A DNA stretch of 58,851 nucleotides, from NCBI GenBank assembly GCA_051744245.1, contig JBNJCV010000002.1, positions 1 through 58,851 of the forward strand, in the 5' to 3' direction. Shown here piece by piece: positions 8,868 through 17,427 of this stretch. Under the pieces are notes generated by a model. That model had not been told where the DNA came from. It ran no database searches and saw nothing but the letters and a program-made list of their open reading frames with translations. The first letter of the stretch is position 1; each line of letters begins with the position of its first letter. The translations under genes were made by a program, and so were the position numbers. This stretch comes from Actinomycetota bacterium. Lineage in GTDB: Bacteria; Actinomycetota; Humimicrobiia; Humimicrobiales; Humimicrobiaceae.

Positions 8868-10181
8868 ATGCCTGGAAAAAATTTTTGGGATGAAAAAATT
8901 GCAAAAAGCAGCAGGGAAGAGATCCAGAAACTGCAGTTGAAAAGGCTAAAAGATACTTTAGGCCATATTTACAAGGGCAATGATTTTTATAGGAAAAGGA
9001 TAGACGAAGCAGGCATTAACCCGGTAGCTGTTGACAGCTTGAAGGGTATAGAGAAGCTTCCTTTTACTTCTAAAGAGGACTTGAGGAAGAATTATCCCTT
9101 CGGCCTTTTTTGCAGTCCGGAGGATGAAATTGTAAGAGTGCATTCATCATCGGGAACTACCGGCAACCCCACTGTTGTTGGGTATACCAGGGATGATTTA
9201 GAAATATGGGCTGATGTTTTAGCCAGGATTATGTATGATGCGGGAGTAAGGAAAAATGATGTAGTCCAGATAAGCCATGGGTTTGGCTTGTTTACAGGTG
9301 GTTTTGGCTTCCAGTATGCCTCCGAGAGAATAGGTGCATTGGTTATTCCAATTTCCGGAGGAAATACTGAAAGACAGCTAAAGGTTATGAAAGATTTTGG
9401 CTCTACAGTGCTTTGTGCAACTCCTTCCTATGCTTTGTATATGTCTGAAGTTGCTTCCAAAGTTGGGGTAGACTTTAAATCCCTTAATTTAAAAGTGGGT
9501 TTTTTTGGGGCTGAGCCATGGACGGAAGCAATGAGGAGGGAGATTGAAAAGAGGCTCAACATAAAGGCGCTGGATAGCTATGGCTTAAGCGAGGTAATAG
9601 GTCCAGGAGTTTCCTGCGAATGTTTAGAGCAGAAAGGTTTGCACATAAATGAGGACCATTTTCTGGTAGAAATTATAGATCCCAGGACAGGTAAAGTACT
9701 GCCGGCTGGCCAGAAAGGGGAACTGGTGTTTACTTCCCTTACCAAAAAGGCTTTTCCGGTTATAAGGTACAGGACCAAGGATATATCATATCTGATAGAA
9801 GAAGAGTGCAGCTGCGGGAAGAAGCTGAGGAGGATGGCAAAGCCAATGGGCAGGACTGATGACATGCTTATAATCCGGGGAGTAAATGTATTCCCTTCCC
9901 AGATAGAGGAAGTGCTTATGTCTATTGATGATTTGGAGCCCCATTACCTGATAGTGCTGGATAAAAAAGATTATATGGATACAATTGAGGTATGGGTTGA
10001 AGTTTCTGAGAATATATTCCATGAAAAAATTATGGATCTGGAATTTTTTGAAAAGTCAATAGAGGACAAGCTTTATTCAACCATAGGCATTAGAATAGAT
10101 GTAAGCTTAAAAGAGCCCCAGACAATTGCCAGGAGCAAAGGTAAGGCAAAAAGGGTTTTAGACAAAAGGAAAAAAGATTAA
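8868..10181 (+). CDS. paaK: phenylacetate-CoA ligase family, paralog 2
   Basis: 437 aa, collinear with paralog 1 and carrying the same motifs. 6-nt gap after paralog 1. Confidence 0.9.
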   Translation: MPGKNFWDEKIAKSSREEIQKLQLKRLKDTLGHIYKGNDFYRKRIDEAGINPVAVDSLKGIEKLPFTSKEDLRKNYPFGLFCSPEDEIVRVHSSSGTTGNPTVVGYTRDDLEIWADVLARIMYDAGVRKNDVVQISHGFGLFTGGFGFQYASERIGALVIPISGGNTERQLKVMKDFGSTVLCATPSYALYMSEVASKVGVDFKSLNLKVGFFGAEPWTEAMRREIEKRLNIKALDSYGLSEVIGPGVSCECLEQKGLHINEDHFLVEIIDPRTGKVLPAGQKGELVFTSLTKKAFPVIRYRTKDISYLIEEECSCGKKLRRMAKPMGRTDDMLIIRGVNVFPSQIEEVLMSIDDLEPHYLIVLDKKDYMDTIEVWVEVSENIFHEKIMDLEFFEKSIEDKLYSTIGIRIDVSLKEPQTIARSKGKAKRVLDKRKKD

Positions 10182-10269
10182 CAGTAAAATTAAAAAAGAA
10201 ATATCCAGCCTCCTAAAAAAAGAATTAAAATTCATTTCGAAATTTTTCCCCTATAACTTAAACAGCAAT

Positions 10270-10977
10270 TTGGATCCAAACTTAATTTATGCCCAGGCCT
10301 TATTTGCACCTATCGGTGAATCTGCTGGTTACCGTTACCTTAAAAAAATTTCTGACCTTGCTATTGGCATAGAACTTTTAGGAGTAGGCAGCAATTTCCA
10401 CAGTTTTAACATAAATAATTTTACCCGGAAACAAGTTGATAAGAATAAGGACAAATATACCTTACACCTGCTATTTGGGGATGTTTTTTATTCGAGGGCA
10501 GTTAGCCATTTACTAAAGTTCAATGACAGCCTGGTTTTTACAGAAATATTGAATTCTTTAAAATCTGTGCACCATTCAAGGCTGCTTTTGCATAGAGAGA
10601 TGCTCAAGCTTATTGAAAACAAGGATTACTTGGCCGAAATAATGGATAAGAAAATCGGCTTACTGCTAGGTATAAATTCGCTTTTTAAAAACACCATTAT
10701 ATTAGGTTGGAGCTTAGTGCCCAAAAATTTAAAAGATGCCAGTGAGATAAATGAAATATATAAGTTGGCTAATGCCATCACTCATGCCAAGTCTTTTATA
10801 GAGCTGGAAAGATTTTTAAGGGAATTTGCCCATCATTTTAACCTGGAACTGGACATGGAGGCTCTGGCAGAAAAAAAGGCTTTTATAGAAGGCCAGTTAG
10901 ATGTTATCATATCAAAACTGAAGCAAAATTGGCTAAAAGAGAATTTTCAGGGCATAACTGGCGTTTTATTGAGGTAA
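10270..10977 (+). CDS. HepS-like / catalytically dead prenyl-synthase-like protein (putative non-catalytic subunit)
   Basis: 235 aa from the TTG start. LHLLFGDVFYSRAVSHLL resembles the L(A)GD(F/Y) helix of prenyl synthases and of HepS as I recall it. The expected Asp-rich position reads GSNFHSFNINN, with no Asp. The frame stays open upstream to 10162 and encodes helix-like SKIKKEISSLLKKELKFISKFF, so the true start is uncertain. Confidence 0.5.
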   Translation: MDPNLIYAQALFAPIGESAGYRYLKKISDLAIGIELLGVGSNFHSFNINNFTRKQVDKNKDKYTLHLLFGDVFYSRAVSHLLKFNDSLVFTEILNSLKSVHHSRLLLHREMLKLIENKDYLAEIMDKKIGLLLGINSLFKNTIILGWSLVPKNLKDASEINEIYKLANAITHAKSFIELERFLREFAHHFNLELDMEALAEKKAFIEGQLDVIISKLKQNWLKENFQGITGVLLR

Positions 10978-10981
10978 TTTA

Positions 10982-12688
10982 ATGAAGGCTGACTTAATTT
11001 TAATCCATCCCCCCAGTATTTATGATTTCAGGGAAAAAACTATCATGTTTGGGCCGGTAAGCGACTTGGTTCCCAGCACCCCAATTTTTGAGATGTATCC
11101 GATTGGCTTTTTGACTATGTCTAATTATCTTCAGAAAAGGGGCTTTAAGGTTAGGATAGTGAACCTGGCCCACAGGATGCAGGTAGATAAAAATTTTGAT
11201 GCCGGAAAGTTTCTAAAATTATTAAAAGCAGATGCTTTTGGAATAGATTTCCACTGGATGGCTCATTGCCAGGGGTCAACAGAGGTAGCAAAAATAATAA
11301 AGGAATATCATCCAGAAACCCCGGTGATTTTTGGCGGTTTTTCCTCTTCCTATTTTTTTAGCCAACTCATTAAATACCCCCAGGTTGATTACATTATAAG
11401 GGGGGATTCAGCAGAAGAACCGCTAGCTAGGCTGATGGGAGCCATAAAGCATGGAAAATACAGGTTAGAAGATATCCCTAACTTAGTTTACAAAAAGCAA
11501 GGCAGGGTTTATACAAACCCGGTGAGGTGCATTTCAAAGGATCTGGAGGAAATTGATTTTGATTACAGGATTATGTTCAAGCAGGTAACAAGGTTTTTCG
11601 ACATTGGCAGCCTCATGCCATTCAGCCAATGGTTTAGGTATCCTATAACTACTATACCTGTAGTTAGGGGCTGCAGCCATAATTGTTCGGGATGCGGAGG
11701 CTCAAAAAGTGCTTTTAAAATATTTGCAAAAAGAAAAGAGCCTGCTTTTAGGTCTCCAAAGAAGCTGGCTGAAGAAGTTAAGCTAATAAAAAAATATATA
11801 AATGCCCCTGTATTTATACTTGGAGATATAAATGAAGGGGGAAAGGAATATGTAGAGGAATTTTTCGGTTACGCCCGGGGAATAAAAGAAGGTACTCAGA
11901 TATTTTTTGAGTTTTTCAAACCGCCTCCAAAATGGTTTTTTGATGAAGCTAGCAGGCTTTTTAGCAGTGTTTTATATGAAATGTCTCCCGACTCCCATGA
12001 CACAGAGATTAGACAGAAGATGGGAAAACCTTCTTTTTCTAACAATGACTTGATAGAGGCGATTGAATATGCGCTGGGCAAAGGGGCAGTCAGGTTTGAC
12101 CTTTATTTTATGTCAGGACTGCCCGGCCAGAATAAGAGGTCCATTATGGATACAGTGGATTTTTGCGAAAGAATTTACAGAAAGATTGGTTGGGATAGAA
12201 GGTTTATGCCTTTTATTTCGCCCATGGCCCCGTTCCTAGACCCTGGCAGCAGGGCTTTTGAGAATCCATCTAAGTTTGGCTATAAGCTGACAGCTGAAAG
12301 CCTGGAGGAACATATTAAAGCTATAGTTAAGCCATCCTGGAAATATATATTAAATTATGAAAGCAGTGCTATTAGCAGGGATGATTTAGTAGAATATACT
12401 TACAAAGCTGCTGCAGGTTTAAACAGGTTAAAGGGTAGGTCCGGTGCTATAACTGAGGAGATTATGGCTGAAAATGAAAAAAGGATTTACAATGCCTTAA
12501 AGACCATTGACAAAATAGATAAAATAATGGGAAAAGGAGGGGACAGAAAGCAGGAGATGCTAACAGAATTAAAGCAAGAAACGGAAAAATACAGCATGTC
12601 TACAATATGTGAAAAAAAAGAGCTGGAGTTTCCCTTGTTTAACCGCAGGTTTAATTGGCCGAGAATAATAAAGGAATCTATCTTTTAA
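10982..12688 (+). CDS. B12-binding-domain radical SAM protein (class-B-like), function unknown
   Basis: 568 aa. The N-terminus has a Rossmann-like B12-binding-type layout (LILIHPP..., PIGFL..L...GF.V.IVNL, PVIFGGFSSSYF, VDYIIRGDSAEEPL). Radical SAM cluster motif VVRGCSHNCSGCGG (CX3CX2C). Confidence 0.85.
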   Translation: MKADLILIHPPSIYDFREKTIMFGPVSDLVPSTPIFEMYPIGFLTMSNYLQKRGFKVRIVNLAHRMQVDKNFDAGKFLKLLKADAFGIDFHWMAHCQGSTEVAKIIKEYHPETPVIFGGFSSSYFFSQLIKYPQVDYIIRGDSAEEPLARLMGAIKHGKYRLEDIPNLVYKKQGRVYTNPVRCISKDLEEIDFDYRIMFKQVTRFFDIGSLMPFSQWFRYPITTIPVVRGCSHNCSGCGGSKSAFKIFAKRKEPAFRSPKKLAEEVKLIKKYINAPVFILGDINEGGKEYVEEFFGYARGIKEGTQIFFEFFKPPPKWFFDEASRLFSSVLYEMSPDSHDTEIRQKMGKPSFSNNDLIEAIEYALGKGAVRFDLYFMSGLPGQNKRSIMDTVDFCERIYRKIGWDRRFMPFISPMAPFLDPGSRAFENPSKFGYKLTAESLEEHIKAIVKPSWKYILNYESSAISRDDLVEYTYKAAAGLNRLKGRSGAITEEIMAENEKRIYNALKTIDKIDKIMGKGGDRKQEMLTELKQETEKYSMSTICEKKELEFPLFNRRFNWPRIIKESIF

Positions 12689-12692
12689 AATT

Positions 12693-13658
12693 ATGCTAAA
12701 TGAATTTAAGGTATTTGGATTTTTAAGAAAAGATATGAGCAGGTTGGAAGGGTACCTGGAAAAATTTACAGATAGCCTTGACGGTATATTAAAAGAAGGA
12801 GTAGAAAATACCCTTCTTGCAGGGGGAAAAAGAATACGGTCAGCTTTGTTTTTTATCTGTGCCAGGAATACCGGCTATGATATTGCTTATCTGCTTCCTG
12901 CGGCTGCGTCAATTGAAATCATACATACAGCTTCCCTAATACATGACGATATAATTGACAAGTCCGAACTTAGAAGGGGAAAGAAAACAATACATAGCCT
13001 TTATGACAATGATACAGCCAAGTATATTGGCAATTACCTTTTTACACATACTTTTTCGCTTTTAAATACTTACCGGAATCCTGAAATATTAAGGGAGATG
13101 TCTAGTGCAGCTGAATACTTGGTAAGAGGTGAATTTGATCAGCTAAAGAAGCATAAAACCCTTGATCAGGATGAAAATTTTTATTTTTCCATGATTAGTA
13201 AAAAAACATCCTCCCTATTTAAGGGAAGTTGTGCTTTGGGAGGACTTCTTTCCGGAGCAGGTAGAAAAGAAACTAAAAAGTTGAGCGAGTTTGGCCGCCT
13301 TTTGGGTATTGCTTTCCAGATAAATGATGACTTGCTTGATGTTGATAAAAGCATGTCTAGGAATATTGGCAAGCCGGTGGGAAATGACATAAGACAGGGT
13401 AATATAACTCTTCCCATTATTTATGCCCTGAAGGATAAGAAAGCCAAAAAGCATTTAGAAAAAGTGTTAGGAGAAGATGATCTTTCCAATGATGATATAA
13501 GGGAGGCGCTGGAGTTGATAAACAGTACCGATGCTGTAGATGTAGCAAAAGCTAAACTTACTGCTTATTCGGGTAGGGCAAGAAAAATGGCAAGTGCTAT
13601 AGGAGAAGGGGAAAGAAGGAAAAACTTGCTCAAGGTATGTGATTATTTTAAAACATGA
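12693..13658 (+). CDS. long-chain trans-polyprenyl diphosphate synthase (HepT/IspB-like)
   Basis: 321 aa with GGKRIRS, first Asp-rich motif TASLIHDDIIDKSELRRG (small residues precede it, which indicates long-chain type) and second motif FQINDDLLD. Confidence 0.9.
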   Translation: MLNEFKVFGFLRKDMSRLEGYLEKFTDSLDGILKEGVENTLLAGGKRIRSALFFICARNTGYDIAYLLPAAASIEIIHTASLIHDDIIDKSELRRGKKTIHSLYDNDTAKYIGNYLFTHTFSLLNTYRNPEILREMSSAAEYLVRGEFDQLKKHKTLDQDENFYFSMISKKTSSLFKGSCALGGLLSGAGRKETKKLSEFGRLLGIAFQINDDLLDVDKSMSRNIGKPVGNDIRQGNITLPIIYALKDKKAKKHLEKVLGEDDLSNDDIREALELINSTDAVDVAKAKLTAYSGRARKMASAIGEGERRKNLLKVCDYFKT

Positions 13659-14605
13659 AAGATTTTTATAGCTTAGCATCAGAAGTTCTATCCATAACTG
13701 TTCCCATATTTGTGGTGGTAGCAATTGGTTATTTCATAAGGAGAAAGGGGATAGTAACAGAGAAGTCTGTGCATGGCTTAAACAAAATAGCATATAATAT
13801 TGCCTTGCCTGCCTTAATATTTATTACCATTACTAGGCATAGCCTGGCTGAAATATTTAATCCTAGCATAATCAAGGTAATTTATTCTACTTATGCTATC
13901 TATATTTTCCTGGTTTTTTTATTTGTAAATTTTACTAAATCATCCAACAAGTTCAAAAGTGCCTTTATTGTCTCTTCTTTCAGGTGCAATATGGCATTTA
14001 TTGGCTTTCCCATTGTACTTTCAGCTTATGGTGAACTGGCCCTAGCCAAGGCAAGTCTGGTAGTGGCGTTTCTGGTGCCGGTAAATATTATTGCCAGCAT
14101 ATTGATATTCAGGCTCTACAGTAAAGGAGAGGGCAAAATAATGCTCAGGAAGATGCTTTTAGGGCTTCTGGTGGACCCGCTAATACTTTCCGCTATTCTG
14201 GGAATAATAATATCTTACCTTAATTTTGATTTCCCTCAGCCTGTATTTAAGGTATTGGATATCCTTTCAGGAATGGCAATTGGAATTGCCCTTATAGCTA
14301 TTGGGGCATCATTTAGGTTTTTTCACCTGAAGGCTAATATAAAGGCATTGTCTATTATAAGCTTTTTAAAGCTAGTACTGCTTCCCCTTATTGCTCTGGG
14401 TATTTCTACTTTTGTTTTTAAGCTCGATATTATTGACAGGAATTTAATAGTTATTCTTTTCTCTATGCCGCTTGCCGTGGTTGCCTTTATAATGGGCAAG
14501 GAATATGAGTCAGACTTTAATTTTATTTCCTCCACCCTGATAACCACTACTATATTTTCATCAATTACCATATCTGGTTGGCTGCTTATACTAAAAATAA
14601 TTTGA
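13655..14605 (+). CDS. AEC (auxin efflux carrier) family transporter
   Basis: 316 aa, about 10 TM segments with a central hydrophilic loop. ATGA start/stop overlap with the prenyl synthase gene. Confidence 0.8.
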   Translation: MKDFYSLASEVLSITVPIFVVVAIGYFIRRKGIVTEKSVHGLNKIAYNIALPALIFITITRHSLAEIFNPSIIKVIYSTYAIYIFLVFLFVNFTKSSNKFKSAFIVSSFRCNMAFIGFPIVLSAYGELALAKASLVVAFLVPVNIIASILIFRLYSKGEGKIMLRKMLLGLLVDPLILSAILGIIISYLNFDFPQPVFKVLDILSGMAIGIALIAIGASFRFFHLKANIKALSIISFLKLVLLPLIALGISTFVFKLDIIDRNLIVILFSMPLAVVAFIMGKEYESDFNFISSTLITTTIFSSITISGWLLILKII

Positions 14606-14620
14606 TTTTAACGGAGCACC

Positions 14621-14906
14621 TTACAGGTTGTAGTCTGCCGGCTCAAATCCTTTGTATGTAGCTAAAGCTTTATCTTTTGCTTTTATGCATTTATGTTTTA
14701 TCCCATCGTAATTTTTATCAATGATGGATACTACATAGGGATCCAGTTTATGATCATAGGCAAGGTCCTTTAATATGGTTATCACCTTATCTTTTTTCTA
14801 TATCTGAGAGGTTTAACTCATTGGCTATATTGAGGGCAATAATTGCCACATGTTCATGGTGTTTGTTTAAGTTTTGGTTAATTAGGTCTAAAAATATTAG
14901 ATATGC
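14621..14906 (-). pseudogene. remnant of an HD / HD-GYP-type domain gene (start lost, internal deletion plus frameshift)
   Basis: My own minus-strand translation gives two fragments. One frame reads ...FLDLINQNLNKHHEHVAIIALNIANELNLSDIEKR*, which matches the HD-domain N-terminus 'H..V..lA..iA..LgLs'. One base out of frame it continues KKDKVITILKDLAYDHKLDPYVVSIIDKNYDGIKHKCIKAKDKALATYKGFEPADYNL*, a C-terminal 'fDP.vv..f' region. The catalytic core is missing and there is no start codon. Confidence 0.4.
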
Positions 14907-15065
14907 TCAAAAATAATTCTATTACTGATACTTTCCTATCTTTAGTTACCATAATTAAATTAATAATTATTTTTGACCATGATAATAATCTTGATTACAA
15001 ATGGCAATAGCTAGATATATTTTTTAGGAACTTAATGCGGTAGAAATGGAGTCTTGTATAACCTT

Positions 15066-17324
15066 TTAGTCATAAAGCATTTTATAGAGGTAATAATTTT
15101 CCATAACCACCTTTATGTAATGCTTGGTTTCACTATAAGGGATGTTTTCTACAAATTCAAAGATGTCCTTGTCTCCCCACTTGGATATCCAGCTTGACAT
15201 GGCTCCAGGGCCGCCATTGTATGCCCCAAGGGCATAAAACTTATTGTGGTTAAAATTATTAAGCTGCTGGCTTATATAATAAGAGCCCATCATTATGCTT
15301 ATTTCAGGATCATATAAGCTTTCTGTATTAAAATTTGTAATTCCTATATTTGGCGCTATAGAGCTTCCCGTTGCCGGCATTATCTGCATAAGACCTTTGG
15401 CTCCTGCATACGAGTGTGCATCACTTTTAAAATGGCTTTCCTGCCTCATTACCGCAAGGATAAATAAAGGGTCTACTCCGTATTTTGAGGCATACTTTAC
15501 TACCAGGTCCCGGTAGCCATAAGGGTAGGCGAGGTAATAATAGTAATCTTTATACAGACCCTCCAAATTATATTTTAATTCTTTTGAATTTTTTATGACT
15601 ATATTTATGCAGTTGTAATAATCCTCAGATTCTAAAAACAGGGTGGACAGGGTAAGGAAGTTTTCAATTTCATCTTTTCCAGCTTCGATCTCTATGGATG
15701 CGTTGTTAAGTAGGTCAAGCTTAAGAAGCTCCAGTGCTTTTTCTATGTGGACGCTTGTATCTATCTCTTCGATATCTTTCCTTAAAATTGAGTACACTTT
15801 AGGAAGTTTTTGTTCGATATCAGAGTTTTGGGGGTTGGCAGCTTTGTCTACCGGAGGTATACGAAGGTAGTGGTCCATTGTTTTAAGTATTTCTTTGGAG
15901 ATAAAAGTGTAATAGGAATAGGAGTTTAGGTTTACAATATTTTTATATATCTCAGTGGCTTCTTCTACCCTTCCCATGTTTTTAAGGCATTGTGCTTTCC
16001 AGAAAAGCCCCTTTTCTTCCAGAGTGGTGCTTTTAAAAGAATTGGCCATATTGGTGAATATATTCATTGCTGTCTGATAGTCCTGCAGGGTATAGTGTAT
16101 CCACCCAAGTTCCCACAATACTTCTGACAGCCTGTCGCCATTGGGGTATTTTTCAACTACCAGAGTGTATTTTTCTATTGCCTTTTCCAGGTTATCCTGA
16201 AAAAAATAAATTCGTCCGGCCCTATACAGAGAGTCGTCGCTAAAGTTGCTCTGAGGAAAATTTGCAACTAACTGGTCGTAATAGCTAAGGGCTTTTTCGT
16301 TTTCTCCCAGATTTGTTTCAGCCCTGGCTAGAAAGTAGAGGCTGTCATCAGCAAGGTCCATTCCCTGTGAGATATTATAACATTCCTGCAGGTATTCTTT
16401 TGCCTGGCTGTAGTTTCTAAGATTATAATAGGACATACCTAATTTAAAGTATGCCTGGCTTTCCAGTTCTGGAAGCAGCGTATACTCAGAAAGCAAAAAA
16501 TTTATTTCTTCTACTGCATCATTGTAATTGTAATCATCAAAAAATATTTCAGCCCTATTGTAAATCTGTTCGGCAGAAGGGATAAAAGGTTCCAGTTCAT
16601 TTTCATCAATTAAATTTTGGAGACGGGAATATGAAGTATCTGCATATTCATTTTCAGGATACTGGAGCCATATTTTCTTGTAATTTTCATAAGCCTGGTC
16701 TATCTTATTTGTTTTTTCATTGCATATTGAAAGCTGGAATAGGCTGTAGGGAATATGAGAGGAATTGCCGAAATTTTGGATAAAATTCTGGTACAGGCCC
16801 TCTGCTGTTATGTAATCTTCTTGTAGGTAATAAAGGTCTGCATATTCTAGAGTTGCTTTTTCTATCCACACACTATCAGGAAAAGTTTCAATGAGCAAAG
16901 AGTAGTACTTGCCTGCAAGCTGGTATTTTTCCTGCATCAAGAGGCTTTTTGCAAGATAGTAAAATGTATAGTCCTGCAGTATTTTGTATTTGTCCTTAAT
17001 TTTGTTAAGGTAGTATTCTGTTGCCAGGTAGTTTCCCTCTTCAAAGTAGGTTAAAGCACTTGTAAAATATTCCCTCTGGGCCTCAATGTCTAGCTCTTGT
17101 TCTTGGTTTTGCACTGTTTCAGTGGTTATGCCGGGAGAATCATTTGGGCTGCCAGCAGGATCTTGCTCTGTTTCTTCTTCTGGGCTGCTTTGTTCTTTTT
17201 CTGGCGTCTCTAGCGGGGGTGTGGTGCTTGTTTCTTCTGACAGGGGAGATGTGCAGGACATTATAAAGAAGGGTATTATTAAAATTAATGCAATTGCGGT
17301 ATTGAAATATTTTTTTATAGCCAT
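15066..17324 (-). CDS. TPR-repeat lytic murein transglycosylase (SLT domain) lipoprotein
   Basis: 752 aa. Signal peptide with lipobox FFIMSC, a Pro/Glu/Ser-rich linker and many TPR-like repeats. C-terminal SLT motifs MRQESHF...AKGLMQIMP...AYNGGPG. Confidence 0.85.
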   Translation of the reverse strand: MAIKKYFNTAIALILIIPFFIMSCTSPLSEETSTTPPLETPEKEQSSPEEETEQDPAGSPNDSPGITTETVQNQEQELDIEAQREYFTSALTYFEEGNYLATEYYLNKIKDKYKILQDYTFYYLAKSLLMQEKYQLAGKYYSLLIETFPDSVWIEKATLEYADLYYLQEDYITAEGLYQNFIQNFGNSSHIPYSLFQLSICNEKTNKIDQAYENYKKIWLQYPENEYADTSYSRLQNLIDENELEPFIPSAEQIYNRAEIFFDDYNYNDAVEEINFLLSEYTLLPELESQAYFKLGMSYYNLRNYSQAKEYLQECYNISQGMDLADDSLYFLARAETNLGENEKALSYYDQLVANFPQSNFSDDSLYRAGRIYFFQDNLEKAIEKYTLVVEKYPNGDRLSEVLWELGWIHYTLQDYQTAMNIFTNMANSFKSTTLEEKGLFWKAQCLKNMGRVEEATEIYKNIVNLNSYSYYTFISKEILKTMDHYLRIPPVDKAANPQNSDIEQKLPKVYSILRKDIEEIDTSVHIEKALELLKLDLLNNASIEIEAGKDEIENFLTLSTLFLESEDYYNCINIVIKNSKELKYNLEGLYKDYYYYLAYPYGYRDLVVKYASKYGVDPLFILAVMRQESHFKSDAHSYAGAKGLMQIMPATGSSIAPNIGITNFNTESLYDPEISIMMGSYYISQQLNNFNHNKFYALGAYNGGPGAMSSWISKWGDKDIFEFVENIPYSETKHYIKVVMENYYLYKMLYD

Positions 17325-17427
17325 ATTTAATTTAAACCTCTACCAGGTAATTTTATAATTAAAATAATATATAAAGCAAATTTTTAAATGTCCAATATTT
17401 TTTAATAACTATGATAAAATAAAAAAC

